From assembly GCA_039799905.1 (NCBI GenBank), contig JBDLRP010000041.1, forward strand, positions 64,001 through 128,000: 64,000 nucleotides of DNA. The letters run 5' to 3'. This stretch comes from Pseudomonadota bacterium (GTDB taxonomy: Bacteria > Bdellovibrionota_B > Oligoflexia > Silvanigrellales > Silvanigrellaceae). This document shows, piece by piece, positions 1 through 9,287 of this stretch. The position numbers and the translations under genes were made by a program. The notes under the pieces were generated by a model. That model worked only from the letters and a program-made list of their open reading frames with translations, had not been told where the DNA came from and ran no database searches. Within the stretch, counting starts at the first letter, position 1, and every line of letters begins with the position of its first letter.

Positions 1-282
1 ATTGGCAGCATTGGATTTCATCAATTGCAGGCAGCGCAGATAATTTTCACGTTCCAACCGCTGCTGCTCACGAATCATGTTCAGCTCGCGATCGTGTTGC
101 TGTTTCTCGAGGCGTTCACGCTCAATTTCGCGCAAATCAGCTTCACGCTGCGAAGCCACTTCATCAGCAACCGCTTTATTCTTTTTTGCCTGATGCTCTT
201 TTTGCTTGGCCTGTGACTCTGCCTGTTTGGCCTGCTTTTTTGAAACAAGTCCTGCTTTCAAAAACTGATCACGAAGACTCAT
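1..282 (-). CDS. DUF2058 (YaiL-like) family protein, 5' part; runs off the window edge
   Basis: Not in the ORF track. Manual translation from ATG at 282 gives MSLRDQFLKAGLVSKKQAKQAESQAKQKEHQ...DRELN, open to base 1; 'SLxDQxLKAGLV' is the typical DUF2058 N-terminus. Confidence 0.8.
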   Translation of the reverse strand, partial: MSLRDQFLKAGLVSKKQAKQAESQAKQKEHQAKKNKAVADEVASQREADLREIERERLEKQQHDRELNMIREQQRLERENYLRCLQLMKSNAAN

Positions 283-495
283 GGGACTGCCCCTCGGTAA
301 ATTTCTGAACTGAGAGTTAAAGCACACTCGCAAAGTTGATGGTAGACTCTGCATATAGTGCCAACAAACGAGCGTAAGCACTATATCTAGAGGTTGTTCC
401 ATTTCGACCGGCAAATAAAATTTATTTTCAAAAAATACAATTTAACACAGTTAATACGGATGTTTATGAAAATTCCTTCTTGCAAGAAAATCGAC

Positions 496-518
496 TTATC
501 CACATATTTGGTGGATAA
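496..518. promoter_or_regulatory. Inverted pair of DnaA boxes
   Basis: TTATCCACA (496-504, perfect) and GGTGGATAA (510-518, reverse complement TTATCCACC, 1 mismatch), 5 bp apart, next to an AT-rich tract at about 411-475. Confidence 0.6.
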
Positions 519-661
519 CCCGCCAAAAGTCGCACGGTTTGTCCTTGATATTTACATCTCTGTGCGTTTTGCCCCCTAAAGTTGCAGCACTAATTGCTTG
601 CAAACGACTGATAAGATGAGAGACTTGTGACACAGGCAAATCATCATTTGCAGGGGCTTCA

Positions 662-1174
662 ATGAACCATCCGAGCGTCTTGAATTACGAGAAATTACAA
701 ATCCGCCTTGAAGGTGATCCAAATGATTGTCTGACCTTGCTCGTAGATGGCGAGATCCACGAAAACTTCAAAGCCAAACTTGTTCCGATTCCAGAGGCCA
801 AATCCTACCTCATCAACTTGGCAGGATTGCGATCAATCAACTCACTGGGAATTCGTGAATGGTCGACGTTTATGAATGCTATTTGCCAACGTGCAACAGT
901 CACTCTTGAAGACTGTTCCGTTGTGTTCATCGACCAGGCGAACATCGTTCCGCAGATCCTTGCCAAAGCAAAGGTCACCTCGTTCTTTGCTCCCTATTTC
1001 TGCCCACAGTGCAATCTCGAACTCAACTGCAAATTGTCGGTAGTCACACACCGCAAACGTCTTTCGGAACGGCGTGCGCCTCAACTGATACACAGCTGTG
1101 GCTCTGAACTGCAGTTTGATGCTCTCGAGGAAAGCTACTTCGCACAGGCCGACAGGCTGCTGGCAGACAAATGA
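662..1174 (+). CDS. STAS-like domain protein with C-terminal zinc ribbon
   Basis: LINLAGLRSINSLGIREW resembles the STAS/anti-anti-sigma loop; YFCPQC...HSCG knuckles; ATGA overlap with the next gene. Confidence 0.7.
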   Translation: MNHPSVLNYEKLQIRLEGDPNDCLTLLVDGEIHENFKAKLVPIPEAKSYLINLAGLRSINSLGIREWSTFMNAICQRATVTLEDCSVVFIDQANIVPQILAKAKVTSFFAPYFCPQCNLELNCKLSVVTHRKRLSERRAPQLIHSCGSELQFDALEESYFAQADRLLADK

Positions 1175-2010
1175 AAACATCGGAACAGAAAATCTATGGG
1201 CGCAACGCTTGCATCGCATTTGCAAAGAAAAACTCCGATGCGGTGATTCGAGCCTACTGCACGGAATCGACTCAACCTGCGCTCGGATTCCTCCTCAAGA
1301 AGTTGGCTCAGAGCAAACGCGCATATCACATTGTTTCAACTGAGGACCTCAGCAAAATCTCGGAAAGCGAACACCACGAGGGTATGATGCTGCTTGTCCA
1401 CAGGCAGGAGGCCGGCTCAGAATCAACGCTGCTACTGAATGCCTCCCGCCGTCGTGGCAAGCCCGAGCTGCTCTTGTGTTTGGATGGTATTTCGAATCCG
1501 CATAACCTTGGCTCCATCGTCAGAACGGCTGCTCATTTCGGAATTCAAGATATCGTATTGATGAATATTGCAGATGAGCAAATCAAAGGTCTTCTCTCAG
1601 GATCCTATCACCGGACGGCAGAAGGCGGAGCTGTCCACTGCAGTATCTCAATAAGCAAAGATCCCTGCCAATTTTTGCAGACTCTGCGAACCGAATGCGG
1701 CTTCAGCGTGGCGGTCACTTCAAGTCATTCAGGAACATCCGCTCTGCACTCAACAAGACTGCCCGAGCGACTCGCTTTGGTGCTGGGTTCCGAAACACAC
1801 GGCGTCAGTCAGGACATCTTGAAAATGGCCCAACTGAAAATTGCCATCAGCGGAACTGGCCACGTAGAGAGTCTCAACGTGGCCAGTGCATGCGCTATTT
1901 TGCTGAATGAATTTGCTCGGCAATCTCAGCGCGGCCGATTTCCTGCCGGCTCACCCAGTAAACCAACACGAACTGCGCGTGCGTTGGGAAGGAAACGCAG
2001 CGGGTCCTGA
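1171..2010 (+). CDS. TrmH/SpoU family RNA methyltransferase (YfiF/RlmB-like)
   Basis: SPOUT motifs LDGISNPHNLGSIVRTA, VLGSETHGV, VESLNVASA; N-terminal IYGRNAC substrate-binding domain. Confidence 0.92.
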   Translation: MKTSEQKIYGRNACIAFAKKNSDAVIRAYCTESTQPALGFLLKKLAQSKRAYHIVSTEDLSKISESEHHEGMMLLVHRQEAGSESTLLLNASRRRGKPELLLCLDGISNPHNLGSIVRTAAHFGIQDIVLMNIADEQIKGLLSGSYHRTAEGGAVHCSISISKDPCQFLQTLRTECGFSVAVTSSHSGTSALHSTRLPERLALVLGSETHGVSQDILKMAQLKIAISGTGHVESLNVASACAILLNEFARQSQRGRFPAGSPSKPTRTARALGRKRSGS

Positions 2011-2681
2011 GGCACACCCCCAGACACGCGTGTTTCAAAATGAAGATGATAACCGGTCGCACGACCTGTGCGTCCGACGTACCCAAGCAGTTCACCCGCA
2101 CGAACAAACTGCCCCTCGCGAACGGCAAGCCTTAGCATGTGTGCATAAAGCGTCTGGGTGTCCTGCTCATGGCCAACGATTGCCACAACACCATAGGCTC
2201 GCTTTCTTTTTGCAAGCAAAACTTGTCCGTCAGCGGCAGCAAGAATCGGGTCGCCCTTGAGGCCTTTAATGTCGACTCCGGCATGCAGACGTCCGCGCCG
2301 CATTCCGAACGGGCTAGTGATGTTGCCGTCAAGCGGCCAGCTGAGGTCGACGGGAAAAATGTTTTTCAACGGGCTGCCAGCCGAAAAACCGTTGGCAGGC
2401 ATTTCGATCGCTACGTCAAAGTCGTCGGCCGCTTCAGAACTTTCATCAGCGGCATCATGACCATTCGCTTTTTCGGCCGAAGCCTGATCATCAAATCCAA
2501 AAAACCTGCTCTCAACCTGACGCTGGCGCGACAAGAACACAGGATCCAGCTGCACGACTTCCGACGACTCCGCAATAGATCCGCGCAGAAACAATTCAGA
2601 AGACTCGCGCTTCGCGATACAGCCGACGGTCGCAAGTAACGCAGCCGACAGCAGGCATCTACTCACACGAAGAGAAAACAT
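1926..2681 (-). CDS. M23 family metallopeptidase, probable lipoprotein
   Basis: HAGVD (HxxxD), YAHM and TGYHLHFE (HxH) motifs; N-terminal TVGC lipobox-like signal. Confidence 0.9.
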   Translation of the reverse strand: MFSLRVSRCLLSAALLATVGCIAKRESSELFLRGSIAESSEVVQLDPVFLSRQRQVESRFFGFDDQASAEKANGHDAADESSEAADDFDVAIEMPANGFSAGSPLKNIFPVDLSWPLDGNITSPFGMRRGRLHAGVDIKGLKGDPILAAADGQVLLAKRKRAYGVVAIVGHEQDTQTLYAHMLRLAVREGQFVRAGELLGYVGRTGRATGYHLHFETRVSGGVPQDPLRFLPNARAVRVGLLGEPAGNRPR

Positions 2682-2761
2682 GAAACACTCCCGAAATCTG
2701 GACAGCTGCGCTCACAGAGGGACTTGTTGTTGCAAGTTCCTCTGCATAAGACTGCGATGTT

Positions 2762-2913
2762 CTCGGATGAGTTTTCCGCAGACTTAACCGGCCGCCGTCA
2801 AACTAGGTACACACACACCAAGGTTCGGACAGGTTCCGCCTTGGTTGCTCGGTCAATACTAAAACCCTAGTCTGTTTCTCCGGCTGATGCAACCCAACGA
2901 ATGGACTGCAATT
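2762..2913 (-). ncRNA. Candidate structured ncRNA or leader (long rod with internal bubble; family unassigned)
   Basis: Five to six nested helices can be drawn between 2762 and 2901; non-Watson-Crick positions are G-U on the minus strand; a sigma70-like promoter lies just upstream. Confidence 0.5.
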
Positions 2914-2920
2914 TTGGTCG

Positions 2921-2950
2921 GTTATAATTTTTTGGCGGCAGAGAACGCAA
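2921..2950 (-). promoter_or_regulatory. Putative sigma70 promoter for the structured RNA/M23 transcript
   Basis: Minus strand TTGCGT (2950-2945)-N18-TATAAC (2926-2921). Confidence 0.45.
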
Positions 2951-2996
2951 ACACACCGTCTGTCAAGTCGGCACTTTTGCTAAATAAAAAGACAAT

Positions 2997-4967
2997 TTAC
3001 GTACTGGGAGTGAACACGAAAGGATACGTAACTGATACCTGTCCGCCGCCGCGCGGTAGAGGGAATTTCCAGCGCTTGATTTCGGATGCGATGCACGTCT
3101 CGGTCGGACCGTCTCCCAAGTCACTTTGGGAGATGGAAGCTGTTGAGACACGCCCGTCGGGACTGATGACAAACTTGGACATGACACGCCCCTGCAGTCC
3201 GCGCTTGGCCTGCAGCCGACGTTCATAACAAGCTTTAATCTTTGCCAGATTAGCGCGAATAACAGCCTCGATTTCTTCTTTGGACAAGTTTCCTTCCAAA
3301 ACGCTGTCACCTGCGGGAGCGGATACAGAACCGACACGGATCTTGCCGCCACCGCCGCTGTCTCTGCGTCCTCCGGCGCCATTGCCGCCACTTCCGAATC
3401 CTCCGGCTCCGAGTCCCTTCAGGGCATCGCCTGGGCCACCGGCAGAAATTGAGTTTCCTTCTCCGATTCCACCCAGTCCCATACTGCCGCGCTTGCCGCT
3501 GCCACTGCCGCCACCGAGTCCGCCGCCGTTGGCCTTCACTCCAATCGCGATTTTGCCGGCACCTTCCGCATTGATCGTTTTACCAATGTCACTGCCCAGC
3601 GCGTCGAGATTCAACCCGCCCAATTCGTCCTTCTTTCCGCCTTCGACGCCCATCATGCTGTTTTTGTCGTTGCCCTGCCGCTGGCCGGCAAATGCACCGG
3701 ACGTGCCGCCCTTGGGACCTCCGCTGTTGCCCGCATTGCCTTTATTTTGTGGCCCCAGAAAAGGGTCTTTCGTCTTGGGCTTTTCTCCTGTGACCGGACC
3801 TTGATTTTTGGCAGGAGCCTCTGGTTTCGGTGTTGCTCTTTGCACATTGGTCGGAGGCACAGGTTTTGGAGTTCCCACGGGCTTTGGCGGCTCGGTGGGC
3901 TTTGGTTTCGGAGGAGGCGTGCTCTTCTTTTCAGGAGCTGGTGTTTTGATTGCGACCGTCGGTTTTGGTGCCGGCGGCTCAGCTTTATCAGTTGGTTTTG
4001 GAGTCGGAGTTCGAACGGTAAATTGGGTTGCCCATGCCTCGTCATCTGCATTCTCTTGCGGTGGATTGTTTGCGTTTGCAATACCAATAAGCAAGGCGAG
4101 AATTAGATAGAGCGCACTGGCATAGGCAAAAATGACAGGTTTGCCATCCAGATCGTCAATCTTGCGCAAAACAGGATTAGGAAGAGAAACACGGGTAAGA
4201 AAGTAACTGATCGTGCCATGCTGAATCAGAGCCATATCATTGGCCGACAACTGAACTTCAGCGGGTCCTTTCATCTGTTCAAAGCGAGCTCCGCGACGGA
4301 TACGAGCGCGCATTTCATCATTCAAATAGACGACTGCCTTGGACCCCTTGACGTCGGCCAGCTTCAGGTTGCGGGTGTTGGCCTTCGGTCCGACACCGAT
4401 GAGTTCGCCATCGTGCTCATTTCCGAGAATCACCTTATTACTGCGCGGCTCATCTCCGGCAATTTGTTCGCCCCCATAATGACGAACATCCAAAATACTT
4501 TGATCCCAGAAAGCAACCACTTCAAGGGTTGAACCGGTGCGGCGATCCTTTTCGGCGGTGAACAAAACCCGACCGTTGGAGACCCGCCCAGGCTGAGCCT
4601 TACCATCCTCGCCGCGCGCGTCTGCGCCGCCATCTTTTGAGTCATTCTTGGCGGCTGTAGAATCGGCAGCCGTTTGAACCTCGATTGTGGCGTCACCAAT
4701 CGAAAGTTTGTCGCCCACCTTTATATTGGCGCTGACGTCGATGCGTCTGCCGTTGAGCAAAACGCCAATCTCGCTGGCCATGTCGATGACAGAGCTCACA
4801 CCCGTCTCGGGGTCGATTTCGATCATGGCATGAATGGGCTCGACAGCACCATCAGATAAAACGAGGTGATTGTTAGTTAATCGGCCGATGATGATCTGAC
4901 CCGACTCCAGAACAACTGAATTCGGGTAACCCGTCATGACCTTGTTGGCGACAAGCAATAGAGCCAT
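2997..4967 (-). CDS. gltG: GltG/PglI-like gliding motility protein (FHA, TM, Pro-rich linker, TonB-C/AgmX-PglI C-terminal domain)
   Basis: N-terminal FHA fold, one TM, Pro/Gly-rich periplasmic linker, C-terminal IKACYE...GRV...CI...RWKFPLPRGGGQVSVTYPFVF; last gene of the Agl-Glt operon. Confidence 0.85.
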   Translation of the reverse strand: MALLLVANKVMTGYPNSVVLESGQIIIGRLTNNHLVLSDGAVEPIHAMIEIDPETGVSSVIDMASEIGVLLNGRRIDVSANIKVGDKLSIGDATIEVQTAADSTAAKNDSKDGGADARGEDGKAQPGRVSNGRVLFTAEKDRRTGSTLEVVAFWDQSILDVRHYGGEQIAGDEPRSNKVILGNEHDGELIGVGPKANTRNLKLADVKGSKAVVYLNDEMRARIRRGARFEQMKGPAEVQLSANDMALIQHGTISYFLTRVSLPNPVLRKIDDLDGKPVIFAYASALYLILALLIGIANANNPPQENADDEAWATQFTVRTPTPKPTDKAEPPAPKPTVAIKTPAPEKKSTPPPKPKPTEPPKPVGTPKPVPPTNVQRATPKPEAPAKNQGPVTGEKPKTKDPFLGPQNKGNAGNSGGPKGGTSGAFAGQRQGNDKNSMMGVEGGKKDELGGLNLDALGSDIGKTINAEGAGKIAIGVKANGGGLGGGSGSGKRGSMGLGGIGEGNSISAGGPGDALKGLGAGGFGSGGNGAGGRRDSGGGGKIRVGSVSAPAGDSVLEGNLSKEEIEAVIRANLAKIKACYERRLQAKRGLQGRVMSKFVISPDGRVSTASISQSDLGDGPTETCIASEIKRWKFPLPRGGGQVSVTYPFVFTPST

Positions 4968-4983
4968 AAATCAGATCCCCTCG

Positions 4984-6096
4984 TCATTCAGCCGTTGCAG
5001 GTTCAGATTTTTCACCTTCAGCCGGAGCTTGTGCGGCTCCTGCAGCGGGCGCCGGTTTGGCCTTGGCAGCTTCAGCACGCGCTGCCTCTTCCAAGTTTTG
5101 CAACTTGCCGAGTAGGCCGCGCGCACGCGCGTCCAAATCGACATTTGCGCCCGGCGATTCGTTGTATTTCTCCAAAAGTGCGATTGCGTCCTTGCGCTTG
5201 GACGGAATCTGGCTGGTCGCAAGCGCAAGATTCCAGAGAGCACGCCTGTCATTGGGACGGGCACGCTGCACGGCCTTGAGATACTCAACAGCTTCGTCAG
5301 GCTTGCCCGCAAGCCGGTGTGCAATTCCCAATGCCGCCTTGACGTTGAGATTGTTGTTTGCAGAGTCTTTGAGTTTGTTCAGCTGGCTCAGCGCGCCTTC
5401 GTGGTCGCCCGCACGCAAAGAGAAAAAAGTGAGTGTCAGAATTGCGGGTTCATAATTCAGTTTTGCTGCCTCACGGAAAGCTGCCATCGCAAGAACTGTC
5501 TTCTTCTGCGTGTAGAACATCAAACCGCGGGCATGCAAAACGCCGGCGGCAACTTTGTCTTTCCCGCGCCCAACAGCATCTGCGTTATCAAGCAGATATT
5601 GCACCATTCCGTAATCCCGCCGCAAAAGCGCGGTGTATGCGCATTCAATAAGAATCCAAGGGTCGCGCGATGAGGCTGTTGATCCACGCTTTTCCAAAAC
5701 GCTCAAAAAGTCGCGGCTGCTTCCGGAAAGTCGGCGGAAAACCAAATAAGAAATCAAAATTCCGCCATCGTCATTCCGCTCGCGGATGCCCTGCTCCAAC
5801 TCGCGCAGAACATCTTCGAGACGCGGCTGCTGCAGTTGTCCGGCAAAGGTTTCTTCATTTGCAAATGTCGTGGTGACAAAGCCAACTCCGGACTGTGGGG
5901 ATGACGAACTTTTCGCCGCAGGAGCAGCAGCGGAGTTTTTGTCATTCGAAGGTTGCTTGGAACGGGCCGACTTGCCGTTGTCGCTTGCTGCTGCCTGCTG
6001 TTTATCTTGGCTACTGCCACCAGTCGAAGCACAGCCCGCTGACAAAACGGCGAGCGCCAATATCGGTAAAGTCATGATCCTGCTGACGAGGTACAT
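4984..6096 (-). CDS. gltE: TPR lipoprotein, GltE/AglT-like
   Basis: Lipobox SAGC, TPR-like helical repeats, position between gltD- and gltG-like genes. Confidence 0.7.
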   Translation of the reverse strand: MYLVSRIMTLPILALAVLSAGCASTGGSSQDKQQAAASDNGKSARSKQPSNDKNSAAAPAAKSSSSPQSGVGFVTTTFANEETFAGQLQQPRLEDVLRELEQGIRERNDDGGILISYLVFRRLSGSSRDFLSVLEKRGSTASSRDPWILIECAYTALLRRDYGMVQYLLDNADAVGRGKDKVAAGVLHARGLMFYTQKKTVLAMAAFREAAKLNYEPAILTLTFFSLRAGDHEGALSQLNKLKDSANNNLNVKAALGIAHRLAGKPDEAVEYLKAVQRARPNDRRALWNLALATSQIPSKRKDAIALLEKYNESPGANVDLDARARGLLGKLQNLEEAARAEAAKAKPAPAAGAAQAPAEGEKSEPATAE

Positions 6097-9000
6097 TACG
6101 ATCCTCCCTTGGCTTCAAGGGCAGAACGGACGCGCGAAGAATCGATCACCTCGGTACCGACGAACAATGCCTCAGGAACCCAATCTTCTGGCTTGAAATA
6201 TTTCGCCGGCTCCAAGCGCGCCATCGCGTTGAGAACCTTCTGACCATACTCGGTGTAAATTCCATGTTTAGAAACCAAAATTGCGGCATTTGAGTAAAAG
6301 TCTTTTGCCTTCTTTTGAAAGTCGGCTCCAAACTCTGCAAACTTCGCTTTGGCCTTCTGCCATCCCTCGCCAGAAATTCCCGGTGGCTGGGGAGGATTGA
6401 GGAGTTCGGCGGCAAACAGCTCATGAGCGTAACCAATGACGTACAGACTTGCCACCGACCATTCAGCATCACCGACGTTCTGTGCGACAGCACTGAAGCG
6501 GTCTTTAACTTTTGTCAATTCTGCATTTCGCTTTGCAATGTTCTGACCAAGTTCGGCTCCGGATTTTCCTGCCGAAAGCGGCTCGCGTCTGAATTTCTCC
6601 AGGGCACCATATTCCTGCGCGAAGCGAATCGCTCCGACAAATGAAAGAGCCGGCCCTGAGACAGCCTTTTTATTCTTCTCGTAGGTGCTGACAATCTGCT
6701 GTTGAGCGCTGTTGGCCTTGGCCGAATTTCCAGCGCGTTTCGCAGCCTCTTCGATGCGGTGAAGAATTTCAATTTTCTCGGTCGCACCCGAATTAAGTGG
6801 GAGCATGGTGCGCTCTGCGAACTCCCAAAATTCTTGATAGCGCCCCGAGCGCTCAAGAACGCTGCCCAAGGATTCTGCAGCAACGACAGCGGCAGGACCT
6901 TTAGCAGCGATGACGGCAGGACACACTTCACGAGCGCGCTCTGCCTGCGACAAGGCTTCATAATAGGCACAAGCACCTGCAAGAAGCTTTCCGGATTTAG
7001 GTGAGTTCGGAAACCTGCTTAGGTACATCCGCGCATAGTTGACAGCCATCTGCAATTGCAAACGGCCCGCAGACACGTCGATAATTTCCAGCATGGCATC
7101 GCCGACCAGCGTGCTCTTGGGAAAATCCGAGATTAGCCGCTGATAAGACTGCACCGACTTATCCAACTTGTTTGCCTTGCGGTAGTTGACACCCGCATTG
7201 AACCACGCTGCGTCTGCCTTTGAGTATGTTCTGTCGCTTGCAAGTCTTTCGAACTCTTGCGCAGCTTGTTCGAATTTTCCGCCAGTCTCGAGCTCTTTCA
7301 GCTCGTCGAAGCGGTTGGCACGCTTGATTTCAGCCAAACGCTTGCCGAGTTCTCCACCCGCAATTGCCGGAATTGCCAGCAATTCGTTTGTGACCGTCGC
7401 AAGTTTCTTCTTGTCATTCTTGGCGAGCAACAAAAGAAACTCAGCTGCAAGAACTCCTTCCTTGCGGTTTGAACGCTCCTTGGCCAATACGTTCAGTCTT
7501 TTTTCTGCCTGCGGCAGGTTGTTGGTTTTCAGGAAAATCTCGGCTGTGTCGATCTGACAGTCGAGAGTTCCGGGTTTGCGCGGGAAGTTAACAATAAAAT
7601 TGTCACATACGGTGACGTAATCCTGCAGTTCCTTTGACACTGGCCTTGCGGGGGCCTCGGGCTTGAACTGACTGCCGCGGAACGCTGCCATGTCTTTTTG
7701 TACAATAAAGTACGCAGAAGTGCGCTGATACTCAAAAGCCTTCTCGAATCTTTGCGGATCTGCTGTCTTCAGGTTTTTGTTTGAGGTGAACCCCGCGAAT
7801 GTCTTTTCAGCATCGCGGAACTGGTCGCGCGTGTATTGAAGCTCACCGAGCAAAAAGCGGATTTCAAGCGCTTCTTTGCGCGCGGGGTAAGTTGAAAGAT
7901 AAATCTTGTAACCTTTGATCGCCTGTTCAATGTAGTACGCGCTTTTATCCTTTTGTCCCTGAAAATGCATTTTCTTGGCGTATGTATAGCCAACGTTATG
8001 CATTTTCTCCTGAAGCTCTTTCAACTCGGGAGAATTTGCATTCGTCTTTGTCCAGCCGGAGTCGGGCCCGAACGACTTGTTGAGCTCTAGAACTTCCTTC
8101 CACAAAAGTGTCTTGTCGTTTTTAAGGTTGGCGGTGTCGACAATTTGAATCTGCAACTCAGCAGCACGCAGATCGTTGGGATTCCGCGCAATGTAGGTTT
8201 TGAGAACGCGCACACTTTCGTCGTACTCGCCTTTGTCCTGCAGCAGAGTCGACAACTTGTTGTACAGGTCACCTGTGTTTTTAGGATTTGCATTTTTGGA
8301 AACATAATCCATCGCAACATCAATCTGCTTGAGTTCGACGAATGCGAGCATCATATCGCGGACCGCTTCATCCTTGAGACGGATCCTGGTTCCGCGTGTC
8401 GTTGCGTCTGCAGAATTTGCGAGGTTCACAACAAGCTTCCATTTGTCGAGAGCCTTGCCGTACTGCTGAAGGTTAAAGTAACACCACGCTGCCTTGAATT
8501 CGGCATACGGACGGATTGCAGCACGGGTGAAACGTACAACCTCGGAAAATGAAGTCAATGCCTTGGAGAAATCCAATTTTGAAAAATAGAATTCTCCCAG
8601 CGCAAAGTGCGCATCTGCAATTCGGCGGCTGTTCGGGAATTTTTGCACCAGCCGGCTGTAATAAGATGCAGCTTCTTTGTTTTGTCCCAGCTGATCAAAG
8701 GCGTACGCAAGCTGGAAAGTCACTTCATCGATGCCGCGTCCTTCCGGATATTCCGTGATGAACTGCTGACAGCGCTGAATCACCTTGCTCGTCCACATCT
8801 TGCTGAGGTTCATCGAAAACTTTGGCTCCACGCCACGTCTTCCGCCCTCATCCCAGCGCTTCCATGCAGCGTCATAACTGCGGGTTTCGTTGAAAAACGT
8901 CAGAGTTGCCTTCTGGTGTAAGCTTTCAATCAGACGACGCATAATCTCGGGTCGCTGCTCGGATTTTCGCGGCAGTTTGCCGACAATCGGCTCCATCGCC

Positions 9001-9287
9001 CTGATTTCGTTGTCCAGCGCCGCACCAAGATTCTTTTCAATGGCAGCGGTCTCGAAGTCGCTGCGCGTGATTGAACCGCCGCGTTCTTCAAGTTTCTCAC
9101 GTTCCGATTTGCCTTTTTTTCGCTTATTTTCGACTTGGTTGTCAGTACGCTCTTTCACCTGAACCTGTTGGGGAGCGGAAGTCACTTTGCTCTGACCCGC
9201 GCCTCCGAGTGAACCTGGCGAGGCTTGCGCAATCTGCGCTCCGACAACCACAAGCAGCGTTGAATAGACAGCAGCAAGATTTTTCAT
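6096..9287 (-). CDS. gltD: Large periplasmic TPR protein, GltD/AgmU-like
   Basis: About 1060 aa, signal peptide from MKNLAAV (ATG 9287 overlaps the upstream TGA), many TPRs (e.g. ADAHFALGEFYF), operon position. Confidence 0.8.
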   Translation of the reverse strand: MKNLAAVYSTLLVVVGAQIAQASPGSLGGAGQSKVTSAPQQVQVKERTDNQVENKRKKGKSEREKLEERGGSITRSDFETAAIEKNLGAALDNEIRAMEPIVGKLPRKSEQRPEIMRRLIESLHQKATLTFFNETRSYDAAWKRWDEGGRRGVEPKFSMNLSKMWTSKVIQRCQQFITEYPEGRGIDEVTFQLAYAFDQLGQNKEAASYYSRLVQKFPNSRRIADAHFALGEFYFSKLDFSKALTSFSEVVRFTRAAIRPYAEFKAAWCYFNLQQYGKALDKWKLVVNLANSADATTRGTRIRLKDEAVRDMMLAFVELKQIDVAMDYVSKNANPKNTGDLYNKLSTLLQDKGEYDESVRVLKTYIARNPNDLRAAELQIQIVDTANLKNDKTLLWKEVLELNKSFGPDSGWTKTNANSPELKELQEKMHNVGYTYAKKMHFQGQKDKSAYYIEQAIKGYKIYLSTYPARKEALEIRFLLGELQYTRDQFRDAEKTFAGFTSNKNLKTADPQRFEKAFEYQRTSAYFIVQKDMAAFRGSQFKPEAPARPVSKELQDYVTVCDNFIVNFPRKPGTLDCQIDTAEIFLKTNNLPQAEKRLNVLAKERSNRKEGVLAAEFLLLLAKNDKKKLATVTNELLAIPAIAGGELGKRLAEIKRANRFDELKELETGGKFEQAAQEFERLASDRTYSKADAAWFNAGVNYRKANKLDKSVQSYQRLISDFPKSTLVGDAMLEIIDVSAGRLQLQMAVNYARMYLSRFPNSPKSGKLLAGACAYYEALSQAERAREVCPAVIAAKGPAAVVAAESLGSVLERSGRYQEFWEFAERTMLPLNSGATEKIEILHRIEEAAKRAGNSAKANSAQQQIVSTYEKNKKAVSGPALSFVGAIRFAQEYGALEKFRREPLSAGKSGAELGQNIAKRNAELTKVKDRFSAVAQNVGDAEWSVASLYVIGYAHELFAAELLNPPQPPGISGEGWQKAKAKFAEFGADFQKKAKDFYSNAAILVSKHGIYTEYGQKVLNAMARLEPAKYFKPEDWVPEALFVGTEVIDSSRVRSALEAKGGS

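Noticed and set aside
2790..2860. tRNA, SRP RNA or RNase P RNA in the structured gap
   Set aside because: No cloverleaf with TTCGA/CCA, no SRP GGAA-loop/AGCAG motif and no GAGGAAAGTCC.
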